Positions 1 to 8,357 of a DNA stretch of 64,000 nt are shown in pieces. Source of the stretch: an uncultured Chthoniobacter sp. (GTDB lineage Bacteria > Verrucomicrobiota > Verrucomicrobiia > Chthoniobacterales > JACTMZ01). Under the pieces are notes generated by a model. That model worked only from the letters and a program-made list of their open reading frames with translations. It was not told the origin of the DNA and did no database searches. Made by a program: the position numbers and the translations under genes. The stretch lies in NCBI GenBank assembly GCA_964609925.1, contig CAZSUJ010000003.1, forward strand, positions 21,043 through 85,042. Reading direction: 5' to 3'. The first letter of the stretch is position 1, and the number at the start of each line of letters is the position of its first letter.

Positions 1-13
1 CCCAGCATCCACC

Positions 14-1402
14 ATGGACGAAACCAAAGCCCCTGAGACTCCGGCCTTGCCGGCGCACCAACCCGCACCCGCCCTGCCCGAGCACCGGCCCGAGGCCTCC
101 CAGCCCGCCCCCGATGGCGGCGGCGACCAACCCCGCGAAGGCGGACGGCGCGGGCGCTTCCGCAATTTCCGCCAGCGCCGCGGCCGCCGTTTCGGCAATG
201 GCAACGGCGAGGGGCAGGACCGCGGTCCCCAGTCCCAGGATGGCGGCGACGGTCCGGCCGACGCCGGCACGCCCACCGAGACCGGCGAGCCCGAGGGTGA
301 GCCCGTTTATGCCGAGGGCATCGTCGAGGTCAGCGGCAAGGGCTTCGGCTTCCTCCGCAACCCCAAGCGCAACTTCACCCAGTCGAACAACGACATCTTC
401 GTCACCCCCGAGGTCTGCCGCGCCTTCAACCTCCGCGACGGCGTCTGGATCAAGGGCCAGATCCGCCGCGGCAGCCGCGGACCGCAGCTCTTCCGCTGCA
501 TCGAGATCGAGGGCGAGGACCCGGCCAAATACGCCAACATCCCCGTCTTCGAGGAGTTGACCACCATCAACCCGAATTCCCGCATCCGCCTCGAGACCGC
601 GCCCGAACGCGCCACCACCCGCGTCATGGACATCATGACGCCCATCGGCAAGGGCCAGCGCGGCCTCATCGTCGCCCCGCCCCGCACCGGCAAGACCACC
701 CTGCTCCAGCACATCGCCGAGGCCGTGGTGAAGAACCACCCGGAGATGAAACTCATCATCCTCCTCGTGGACGAACGCCCCGAGGAGGTCACCGAGATCC
801 GCCGCACCGTCCCGCAGGCCGAACTCATGGCCAGTTCGAACGACAGCGACATCAAGAGCCACACCCGCATCGCCATCCTCGCCATCGAGCGTGCCAAGCG
901 CCTCGTCGAGATGGGCAAGGATGTCTTCGTCCTCATGGACTCGCTCACCCGCATCGGCCGCGCGTTCAACAACGCCACCGGCGGCGGCGGACGCACCATG
1001 AGCGGCGGCGTGGACTCCCGCGCCCTCGAAATCCCGCGCAAACTCTTCGCCGCGGCCCGCAACACCGAGGAAGCCGGCTCCCTCACCATCATGGCCACCG
1101 CCCTCATCGAGACCGGCAGTCGCATGGACGAACTCATCTTCCAGGAGTTCAAGGGCACCGGCAACATGGAGCTCGTCCTCGACCGCAAGGTCAGCGACCA
1201 GCGCATCTACCCGGCCGTGGACATCTTCCTCTCCGGCACCCGCCGCGAGGAACTCCTCCTGCCCGAGGACCAGCTGCACAAGATCAACGTCATCCGCCGC
1301 GGCCTCGCCGGACACAAACCCATCGAGGCCATCGAACGCCTCCTCCACTTCGTCCGCAAATACCCCACCAACGCCGAGATGCTCAAAAGCATCCCGGGGT
1401 GA
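14..1402 (+). CDS. rho: Transcription termination factor Rho with N-terminal low-complexity extension
   Basis: GFGFLR RNA-binding motif, GKGQRGLIVAPPRTGKT Walker A, LLVDERPEEVT, FKGTGNMEL, SGTRREELL. Confidence 0.98.
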   Translation: MDETKAPETPALPAHQPAPALPEHRPEASQPAPDGGGDQPREGGRRGRFRNFRQRRGRRFGNGNGEGQDRGPQSQDGGDGPADAGTPTETGEPEGEPVYAEGIVEVSGKGFGFLRNPKRNFTQSNNDIFVTPEVCRAFNLRDGVWIKGQIRRGSRGPQLFRCIEIEGEDPAKYANIPVFEELTTINPNSRIRLETAPERATTRVMDIMTPIGKGQRGLIVAPPRTGKTTLLQHIAEAVVKNHPEMKLIILLVDERPEEVTEIRRTVPQAELMASSNDSDIKSHTRIAILAIERAKRLVEMGKDVFVLMDSLTRIGRAFNNATGGGGRTMSGGVDSRALEIPRKLFAAARNTEEAGSLTIMATALIETGSRMDELIFQEFKGTGNMELVLDRKVSDQRIYPAVDIFLSGTRREELLLPEDQLHKINVIRRGLAGHKPIEAIERLLHFVRKYPTNAEMLKSIPG

Positions 1403-1568
1403 GGCACCGTCTCGGGCAAGGGGCGCGGGCGGGCCGCCCGTGTTGCCCTTCTCTGAACATCCAAGGTCCGCACACCGGCGGGCAGGCTCCCCGTTCTGCC
1501 TGCCATTCCAGATGCGCGGTATTCCAGTCGCCGCAGCATACGCCTCGACCTTGAATTCGGAGCGTGGA

Positions 1569-1597
1569 TTGACGAGCTAGAGGACTAGCTACACGCT
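1569..1597 (+). promoter_or_regulatory. Putative promoter with palindromic operator
   Basis: TTGACG at 1569-1574 is followed directly by the perfect inverted repeat AGCTAG-agga-CTAGCT (1575-1590). The -10 match is weak and the ATG is at 1605. Confidence 0.35.
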
Positions 1598-1604
1598 ATC
1601 AACG

Positions 1605-2096
1605 ATGGCCTACAAGTGCTCTGCATGTGGACGCCCAGCCAGACCCGGAGTGCTTCTTTGTGACTGTGGTCATTCACTCATCGGCGATCCCTACACACCG
1701 ATCGCTGCACAGCAGCCCGCTGCCTCGCCCGCGGCCAAAGCTTCCGACAGTTTTCTCCGCTCGATATGGTCTTGGCTGCCCCTTCCATTCGCCGCATGGA
1801 TCCTGTCGATTCCATTTCTCGGAGTTGGGGCGTTCTTAATCCCGATCGTCATCGCCAACGCCCCACTCGGAATCATCGGCTACTTCGAGAAGATCGGATT
1901 GCAGCCGACGCCTTCCCAGCAGGTCGCGGTAGCCGCGCTTCACGCAGGATTCTGGTTGCTTTTCATCTGCGGCATGGCGCTTCGGCGCGTGTTGCCGCTC
2001 ACTTGCCTTTGGCCTATCTGGCTCGCTCTTGTGACTGCGCTATTCATGTCGGTTTCGGGTTGTGCAATTCAGTTTGGTTCCTTCTCCCTCAAATGA
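1605..2096 (+). CDS. Hypothetical membrane protein with N-terminal Zn-ribbon-like motif
   Basis: CSAC...CDC at the N-terminus, 3-4 hydrophobic segments, more A/T-ending codons than flanking genes. Confidence 0.6.
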   Translation: MAYKCSACGRPARPGVLLCDCGHSLIGDPYTPIAAQQPAASPAAKASDSFLRSIWSWLPLPFAAWILSIPFLGVGAFLIPIVIANAPLGIIGYFEKIGLQPTPSQQVAVAALHAGFWLLFICGMALRRVLPLTCLWPIWLALVTALFMSVSGCAIQFGSFSLK

Positions 2097-2307
2097 GCGT
2101 CGCCCGAGTCCTGAACGGGATTGTCTGCTTCCTCGGCATCTTCTTGGTCATCCTCAGCTTTGTCGGCTTGTGGCCAAGGCCGCTCGATGCGTGGAGCTAT
2201 GAAACAGCACTCGATAGGGAGTCCACGAGCGACCGCCGCTTGGATGAAGCTCCTGCGCGAAGGGGAAGCGAGGGCCTGATCGAAGCCGTCCGGGCTTCCG
2301 GCGGTGG

Positions 2308-2595
2308 TCACTCGCTTTCGCCTCGCTCCACCGGTGTCTCCAACCTGCGTGTGACACGCAGATCGCGCACCACCAACTCATCGATCTCCAATCGCCCGAT
2401 CCGCGCGCGTCCTACCACCAGCCTTCCGATGGCCAGCGCACCCACCGCCAAGGCGCCGACCGCCAGTGCCCCGAGGGCCAACGCACCCACCGCATGAGCC
2501 CCGGTCGCTTGGGCTCGCGTGACGCAACTTGTGCCCTCAGGCCCTTGGTTTTCTTTGGAGAAAGTGGACATAGGGAATCTCGGCGCGGTGCTCAC
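2308..2595 (-). CDS. Small protein with tandem GALA[V/L/I] pentapeptide repeats
   Basis: GAHAV-GALAL-GALAV-GALAV-GALAI-GRLVV followed by RARIGRLEIDELVVRDLRV; start codon uncertain. Confidence 0.6.
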   Translation of the reverse strand: MSTAPRFPMSTFSKENQGPEGTSCVTRAQATGAHAVGALALGALAVGALAVGALAIGRLVVGRARIGRLEIDELVVRDLRVTRRLETPVERGESE

Positions 2596-2633
2596 GCGCA
2601 GTCCTTACGCTCCCACCCTACGCGAGATTGCAA

Positions 2634-2659
2634 TGGACGGCGAGCGGCCCCGCGAGCCG
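2634..2659 (+). repeat. REP-like element (GGAG/GTAG family)
   Basis: TGGACGGCGAGCGGCCCCGCGAGCC matches the reverse complement of 19187-19211 at 18/25 positions without gaps. Confidence 0.45.
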
Positions 2660-2712
2660 TTCTGTTTTCCTCGAGTTACGGCTCAAAGTTCGTCGTGGCA
2701 GCCCCGCGCGAC

Positions 2713-2931
2713 TCACGCCCTTTCATCCTCCCGTTTGATGGCCGTGTCCATCCCGCGAAGAAAGCCCCGCATCTCCTTAACGGGTCGGACCGGAATGAGC
2801 TCCACGCGGTTTCCGTAGCGCATGACTTGCAGTTTCTCGCCCGCGTTGAGTTGCAGAGCCGCCCGGATGGCTTGGGGAATGACAACCTCAAACTTTGGCG
2901 ACAGCGTGACGGTATCCATATCAATGTGCAT
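2713..2931 (-). CDS. AbrB/MazE/SpoVT-family DNA-binding protein (VapB-type antitoxin), no adjacent toxin
   Basis: MDTVTLSPKFEVVIPQAIRAALQLNAGEKLQV...RVELIP swapped-hairpin signature; the start may be the second ATG at 2919. Confidence 0.85.
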   Translation of the reverse strand: MHIDMDTVTLSPKFEVVIPQAIRAALQLNAGEKLQVMRYGNRVELIPVRPVKEMRGFLRGMDTAIKREDERA

Positions 2932-2997
2932 ATCGTTTGACGAATGTCATATCGATGCAAGGCTCCGGGCCGCGCAAGCAGGCTGAATCCGTTCGAA

Positions 2998-3570
2998 TCA
3001 CAATCCCATCGCCGACCGACCGTAGAAGAGCGCTAGGTGGCTCAGGTAGTCATTCACCTCCTTGATCCTTCCGCTGTGGGTTGCGAAAAACTCGATCTCT
3101 GGGCCGACGTTCCACGCTTTGAATCTGAGCGGGCCGTTTCTTGTGGCCAGAAAAACTTCATACTCTGCGCCATCGAGCACGATCGGGCGTTCGTTTGCGT
3201 GCCCCGCCTTCTTTGCTGCCTCCGAAAGCCTCCGGTCTGTTTTCTGCACCTCGGCACTGTAATCGAAAGGAGTTGCGGGTGCCTTGGCCAGCAGAGCAGC
3301 CTCCTGCTCTTTCGACAAAGGGGTGCCCCAATGCTCCACCACCTTGCCGTCGGACAACCTGTAGCTGGAGAGGTATCCAAGGCTCCTGCCAGTGCCCCTC
3401 TCAAAAAAGAAGAACGTCCCGGTGTCCCTGCGAATGACGCCCCTGAATGCATCCTCCGTGATTCGAATCGAAGCGATTGGCTCAGCCGTTCTCGGTGGAT
3501 AGATGGGAGCGACCTGATGCTGTGCGCACCCGCAAAGCAGGAGGAACGTTGGGAGCAATGCGGACTTCAT
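2998..3570 (-). CDS. Hypothetical lipoprotein
   Basis: Start reassigned to ATG 3570, giving MKSALLPTFLLLCGC with a lipobox-like LCGC; atypical codon usage. Confidence 0.65.
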   Translation of the reverse strand: MKSALLPTFLLLCGCAQHQVAPIYPPRTAEPIASIRITEDAFRGVIRRDTGTFFFFERGTGRSLGYLSSYRLSDGKVVEHWGTPLSKEQEAALLAKAPATPFDYSAEVQKTDRRLSEAAKKAGHANERPIVLDGAEYEVFLATRNGPLRFKAWNVGPEIEFFATHSGRIKEVNDYLSHLALFYGRSAMGL

Positions 3571-3726
3571 GGCTTCGCGGAGTCGCCTATTGCATCCTGC
3601 GCTCGCACCAAGCAGCAGAGATAGCGAAAAGTTCCTCGGTGCTGGCGGCGCTCGGCGCAGGCTGGCGATTTGCTTCACGGCGTTTTGTGATCGAGCGGCC
3701 TGCAGGCGAGGCCTTATCATCCCGCC

Positions 3727-4269
3727 ATGAACAAGCGCGCGCTTTGTCTCGTGGCGGAGGGGGTGGAGGAGTTGGAGTTGGTGGCGCCGGTGGATGTGTT
3801 GCGGCGGGCGGGGGTGGATGTCGTGTTGGCTTCGATCAATGGCGCGCTCGAGGTGCGGGGGCGCAATGGGATTGTCCTGCGGGCGGATGCGGACCTCGCG
3901 AATGTGGCCGGCGGCGATTTCGATCTGCTACTCATTCCGGGCGGACCGGCGGTGGCGGCGTTGCGGGCCGACGGGCGGGCGGCCGGGCTGGCGCGGGAGT
4001 TTGCCGGCAAGGGGCGGTTCGTGGCGGCGATCTGCGCGGGGCCGCTGGTTCTGAAGGACGCGGGCTTGTTGGACGGACGCCGCTTCACGGCGCATGCGTC
4101 GGTCGAGGCCGAGTTGCCCGACGCGCTGACGGGGGAGCGCGTGGTGGAGGATGGCCAAATCATCACATCGCGCGGGGCGGGGACGGCCCTGGAGTTCGGC
4201 TTGGCCTTGGTGGACCGGTTGTGCGGGGCGGAGGAAGAGGAGAAGATCGCGCGGGCCATCATGGCCTGA
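3727..4269 (+). CDS. DJ-1/PfpI (ThiJ/YajL-like) family protein
   Basis: GVEELE, DVLRRAG, LIPGG, AAICAGP nucleophile elbow, ITSRGAGTA. Confidence 0.93.
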   Translation: MNKRALCLVAEGVEELELVAPVDVLRRAGVDVVLASINGALEVRGRNGIVLRADADLANVAGGDFDLLLIPGGPAVAALRADGRAAGLAREFAGKGRFVAAICAGPLVLKDAGLLDGRRFTAHASVEAELPDALTGERVVEDGQIITSRGAGTALEFGLALVDRLCGAEEEEKIARAIMA

Positions 4270-4294
4270 TCCGGGGCGCGCGGGACGCCCTGAA

Positions 4295-4365
4295 ACCCTA
4301 GAGGCCACAAAGAACAGAGTTCCGACCTCTGCTCTCCGTGTCCTCTGCGCCCTCTGCGGTCGGAA
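4295..4365. repeat. Intergenic imperfect hairpin with 9-nt-period CTCYGYG units
   Basis: ctccgtgtc-ctctgcgcc-ctctgcggt on the right arm, decayed complementary agagg/cacaaag/cagag on the left arm, plus ttccgacc...ggtcggaa inverted repeat. Confidence 0.55.
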
Positions 4366-4443
4366 TGTGTCCCTTGGCGATTGATTGGGGCGTGGACTTC
4401 GGCGGCGGACCCGGTTTAGAGTCCGCCGCGAACGATCATTTCC

Positions 4444-4620
4444 ATGGCGAAAACCTTCCTCCACCTCGCCGCGCTGGCCGCGGTCCTTCTCTCCGGCTGC
4501 GCGATTGCCCGTGACACCGAGACCGATGTCGGAACTTCCCTGCAGCAAGGGCTGCGCGGGCAGGGACGGCTGGTTTCGCCGAACGAGACAACCGATTCCT
4601 TCGGTCCCGAATACCAGTGA
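4444..4620 (+). CDS. Small lipoprotein (58 aa), absent from the ORF track
   Basis: Hand translation [58 protein letters not shown]; LSGC lipobox; stop overlaps the guaA GTG (GTGA). Confidence 0.75.
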   Translation: MAKTFLHLAALAAVLLSGCAIARDTETDVGTSLQQGLRGQGRLVSPNETTDSFGPEYQ

Positions 4621-6200
4621 GCCGCCGGCTCCCGCCCGTGAGCACGACGTCGAAGGTCGTCATCCTCGATTTCGGGTCGCAATACACGCAGGTCATCGCG
4701 CGCCGCGTGCGCGAGTGCCATGTGTATTCCGAGATCCTCCCGCACACCGCCACAGCCGCCGAGGTGCGCGCCACCGGGGCGCGGGGCATCATCCTTTCCG
4801 GGGGTCCGGCCAGCGTCTATGCCAAGGGCGCGCCGCGCCTCGACCGCGGGGTTTACCGGCTCGGATTGCCGGTGCTGGGAATCTGCTACGGGATGCAACT
4901 GCTGGCCCGCGATCTGGGCGGGGCGGTCGAGCCTTCGGGCGCGCGCGAATTCGGGTCGGGGCGGCTGACCGTCGGACGCAAGACGCCCCTCTTCGCCGGT
5001 CTGCCGCGCACGCTCGACGTCTGGAACAGCCATGGCGACAAGGTCACGCGGCTGCCGAAGGGTTTTGCGGCCGTCGGCACGACGGAGAATTCGAAGGCGG
5101 CGGCCATCGCAGACGAGAAGCGGGGCTTCTACGGGTTGCAATTCCATCCCGAGGTCTCGCACACGCCGCGCGGCAGCGAGGTCATTGAGAACTTCCTCAT
5201 GGGCATCTGCGGGTGCTCGCCGGATTGGACGCCGGGGTCCTTCATCGAGCGCACGTGCGACGAGGTGCGCGCGAGGGTGGGGGGCGACCGGGTGTTGCTC
5301 GGGTTGAGCGGCGGCGTGGACTCATCCGTCGCAGCGGCCCTCCTGCACAAGGCGATCGGTGACCAGCTCACCTGCATCTTCGTGGACAACGGCCTGCTGC
5401 GTGCGGGCGAGCGCGAGTGGGTGCGGGAAATTTTCGGGCGCCACTTCCACATCGACCTGCGGATCGTGGACGCGTCGGCGCGGTTCCTCGGGCGCCTGCG
5501 CGGCGTGACCGACCCCGAGCGCAAGCGCAAGATCATCGGCAACGAGTTCGTGCGCGTCTTCGAGGAGGCGGCTGCGCGTCTCGTGCGCCAGCGTCGCGGC
5601 GCGCCCTACCGCTACCTCGCGCAGGGCACGCTTTACCCCGACGTGATCGAGAGCGTTCCCGTGGGCGGGAACCCCGCGGCGCTCATCAAGAGCCACCACA
5701 ACGTGGGCGGACTGCCCAAGCGCATGAAGTTCGAGTTGGTCGAGCCGCTGCGGCAGCTTTTCAAGGACGAGGTCCGCGAGGTCGGCCTCCAGCTCGGCCT
5801 GCCGCGCGAGATCGTCCACCGCCAGCCGTTCCCCGGCCCCGGTCTCGCCGTGCGCATCCTCGGCGAGGTCTCGCGCGCCCGCGTGCGCGTCCTGCAGGCG
5901 GCCGACGAGATCGTGCAGGCCGAGATGGTTTCGTCGGGTTGGTATGGACGCGTCTGGCAGTCCTTCGCCGTCCTGCTCCCCGTCCGCTCGGTCGGCGTGA
6001 TGGGCGACGAGCGGACGTTCGAGAACACGGTGGCGCTGCGCGTGGTCGAGAGCCGCGACGGCATGACGGCCGACTGGGTCCGGCTGCCCTACGAGTTGCT
6101 GGCGAAGATTTCCGGCCGTGTCATCAACGAGGTTCGCGGGGTCAACCGCGTGTGCTATGATATCTCGAGCAAGCCGCCCGCGACCATCGAATGGGAATGA
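4617..6200 (+). CDS. guaA: GMP synthase (glutamine-hydrolysing)
   Basis: [48 protein letters not shown]; start could be GTG 4638. Confidence 0.98.
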   Translation: MSRRLPPVSTTSKVVILDFGSQYTQVIARRVRECHVYSEILPHTATAAEVRATGARGIILSGGPASVYAKGAPRLDRGVYRLGLPVLGICYGMQLLARDLGGAVEPSGAREFGSGRLTVGRKTPLFAGLPRTLDVWNSHGDKVTRLPKGFAAVGTTENSKAAAIADEKRGFYGLQFHPEVSHTPRGSEVIENFLMGICGCSPDWTPGSFIERTCDEVRARVGGDRVLLGLSGGVDSSVAAALLHKAIGDQLTCIFVDNGLLRAGEREWVREIFGRHFHIDLRIVDASARFLGRLRGVTDPERKRKIIGNEFVRVFEEAAARLVRQRRGAPYRYLAQGTLYPDVIESVPVGGNPAALIKSHHNVGGLPKRMKFELVEPLRQLFKDEVREVGLQLGLPREIVHRQPFPGPGLAVRILGEVSRARVRVLQAADEIVQAEMVSSGWYGRVWQSFAVLLPVRSVGVMGDERTFENTVALRVVESRDGMTADWVRLPYELLAKISGRVINEVRGVNRVCYDISSKPPATIEWE

Positions 6201-6203
6201 GCC

Positions 6204-6695
6204 ATGACCCGTGCCATCTATCCCGGCAGTTTTGACCCGGTCACCCTCGGGCACATCGACGTCGTCGAGCGCGCCCTGCGGCTCTTTGACGAAGTAATCG
6301 TGGCCGCCGCGGCGAGCGAGGGGAAGCACCCGCTCTTCACCTTGGACGAACGCGTGGAACTCATCCGCGCGTCCCTGCCCGGCGAGTCGCGCCTGCAGGT
6401 GAAGAAACTCGACGGCCTCCTCGTGGATTTCGTGCAGGCGGAAAAGGCGACGGTTGTCATCCGCGGACTGCGCGCCGTTTCCGACTTCGAGTTCGAGTTC
6501 CAGATGGCCCTCATGAACCGCCGCCTCGCCCCCGGGATCGAGACGATCTTCCTCATGCCCAAGGAGGACTTCAGCTACATCAGCAGCCGCATCGTCAAGG
6601 AGGTGGCCCGCTTGGGAGGCGACATCTCGGGCGTGGTTTCCGCGCCGGTGCGCGCGGCCCTCGCCGCCAAGTTCCAACCGGGAGGCGAGCCGTGA
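6204..6695 (+). CDS. coaD: Phosphopantetheine adenylyltransferase
   Basis: YPGSFDPVTLGH, RGLRAVSDFEFE, ISSRIVKE. Confidence 0.98.
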   Translation: MTRAIYPGSFDPVTLGHIDVVERALRLFDEVIVAAAASEGKHPLFTLDERVELIRASLPGESRLQVKKLDGLLVDFVQAEKATVVIRGLRAVSDFEFEFQMALMNRRLAPGIETIFLMPKEDFSYISSRIVKEVARLGGDISGVVSAPVRAALAAKFQPGGEP

Positions 6696-7147
6696 TCGGG
6701 GTCCACCTCCGTCAGGTGCCGCCCGAGGGCCTCCGCATCAAGGGCGAGGAAGACCCCGCGTTCCTCGACCTCGCCGATATCGGGGCCCGCGCGGCCGGTC
6801 CGGTCTGCTACGCGCTCGACACCGGCGTCTCCGGCGGCGGCGTCTTCGCCACCGGGACAGTCTCCGTTCCGGTCGAACTCCAGTGCGTGGCCTGCCTGCA
6901 GCCCTTCACCTTCGAGGCCTCCGTCCCGGACTTCGCCACACAGGTCGAAATCGAGGGCCAGGAGTTCGTGGACCTCGGCCCGGCGGTCAGGGAAGACCTG
7001 TTATTGGCTTTGCCAAACCACCCGAGATGTGATTTAAAAGGCGACCAACAGTGTCCGTTCCAAGGCCGGGAACCCTCCGGCGGCGGCAAGCCGGAGTCCT
7101 CAGAATCCGCTTGGCATCCGTTGGACAAGCTCAAACTCGAACGCTGA
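6692..7147 (+). CDS. DUF177/YceD family protein
   Basis: CVACL motif, DLGPAVREDLLLALP...C...C, conserved position upstream of rpmF. Confidence 0.85.
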   Translation: MIGVHLRQVPPEGLRIKGEEDPAFLDLADIGARAAGPVCYALDTGVSGGGVFATGTVSVPVELQCVACLQPFTFEASVPDFATQVEIEGQEFVDLGPAVREDLLLALPNHPRCDLKGDQQCPFQGREPSGGGKPESSESAWHPLDKLKLER

Positions 7148-7153
7148 TTTCTT

Positions 7154-7336
7154 ATGCCAGTTCCCAAACGCAAAGTCTCGAAGATGCGCCTGCGCACCCG
7201 CAAGGCCGCCAACCGCTGGCGCGCCGGCGAACTCGGCACCTGCTCGCAGTGCGGGGCCAAGGTCCCGTCACACACCGCCTGCCCGGCCTGCGGTTACTAC
7301 AAGGGCCGCCAGATTCTCTCCGTCGGCGCGGCCTGA
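7154..7336 (+). CDS. rpmF: 50S ribosomal protein L32 (Zn-ribbon form)
   Basis: MPVPKRKVSK...CSQC...H..CPACGYYKGR. Confidence 0.97.
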   Translation: MPVPKRKVSKMRLRTRKAANRWRAGELGTCSQCGAKVPSHTACPACGYYKGRQILSVGAA

Positions 7337-7352
7337 CCGGCCGCGGCATCCC

Positions 7353-8357
7353 ATGAGGGTGGCGCTCGATGCGATGGGCGGCGACCATGCCCCGCGCAAC
7401 TGCGTGGACGGCGCGGTTCTCGCCCTGCGTGAATACCCCCACCTCGAGAAACTCTTCCTCGTCGGCGACGAGGCCCAGGTCCGCGCCGAACTCGACCGCA
7501 ACGGCTGCAGCGACAGCCGCGTGGAGATCGTCCACACCACGCAGGTGGTCGAGATGCACGAGAGTCCGGTGGACAGCGTGCGGCGCAAGAAGGATTCGTC
7601 CATCTCCCGCGCGGTGGACCTCGTGAAGAACCGCGCCGCCGAGGCCGTGGTCAGCGCCGGCCACACCGGCGCGGCCGTGGCCGCCACCACGATCAAACTC
7701 CGCATGCTCGAGGGCGTTGATCGTCCCGGCATCGCCGCCCTCCTTCCGACCGAGACCAATCTCTGCGTCCTCATCGACGCCGGGGCCAACACCGACGCCC
7801 GGCCGGACCACATGCTGCAATACGCCATCATGGGCGCCGTCTTCTCGCGCTACGTCCTCGGCTATCAGAACCCGGCGATCGGGCTCATGTCCATCGGCGG
7901 CGAGGACGCGAAGGGCAGCGAGTTCACCAAGGACATCTTCAAGCTCCTCCGCGCCAGCGGCCTCAATTTCCGCGGCAACATCGAGGGCCACGACCTGTTC
8001 CAGAATCCCGTCGAGGTCGTCCTCTGCGACGGCTTCACCGGCAACGTCGTCCTCAAGTCCTGCGAAGCCACCGCGGAGGCCGTCTTCCACTGGCTCAAAA
8101 ACGAGCTCAAGCGCACGCCCTTGCGGCTCGCCGGCGCGCTCATGGCCAAAGGCGCGTTCCAGACGATCAAGAAGAAGACGAACTACGAGGAATACGGCGG
8201 CAGCCCGCTCCTCGGCGTTGACGGCGTCTGCATCATCGCCCACGGTTCCAGCAGCGCGCTGGCCATCAAGAACGCCATCCGCGTCGCCATGGAGTCCATC
8301 AAGACGAAGATCAACCCGCACATCGTCGAGGAGATCGCCGCTTTTTACGCCCGCTGA
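7353..8357 (+). CDS. plsX: Phosphate acyltransferase PlsX
   Basis: ALDAMGGDHAP, VSAGHTGA, DAGAN, CDGFTGNV, LLGVDG, HGSS. Confidence 0.97.
   Translation: MRVALDAMGGDHAPRNCVDGAVLALREYPHLEKLFLVGDEAQVRAELDRNGCSDSRVEIVHTTQVVEMHESPVDSVRRKKDSSISRAVDLVKNRAAEAVVSAGHTGAAVAATTIKLRMLEGVDRPGIAALLPTETNLCVLIDAGANTDARPDHMLQYAIMGAVFSRYVLGYQNPAIGLMSIGGEDAKGSEFTKDIFKLLRASGLNFRGNIEGHDLFQNPVEVVLCDGFTGNVVLKSCEATAEAVFHWLKNELKRTPLRLAGALMAKGAFQTIKKKTNYEEYGGSPLLGVDGVCIIAHGSSSALAIKNAIRVAMESIKTKINPHIVEEIAAFYAR

Noticed and set aside
2093-2497. Possible gene starting at the ATGA overlap (MSVARVLNGIVCFLGIFLVILSFVGLWP...)
   Set aside because: Only the first ~40 codons look protein-like. The rest runs through REP-like sequence and antisense to the GALAV gene. 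It may be a truncated remnant but cannot be supported as a CDS.
2420-2497. 15-nt tandem repeats as a CRISPR array or VNTR
   Set aside because: There are no spacers, and the variation is at synonymous positions of a coding pentapeptide repeat.
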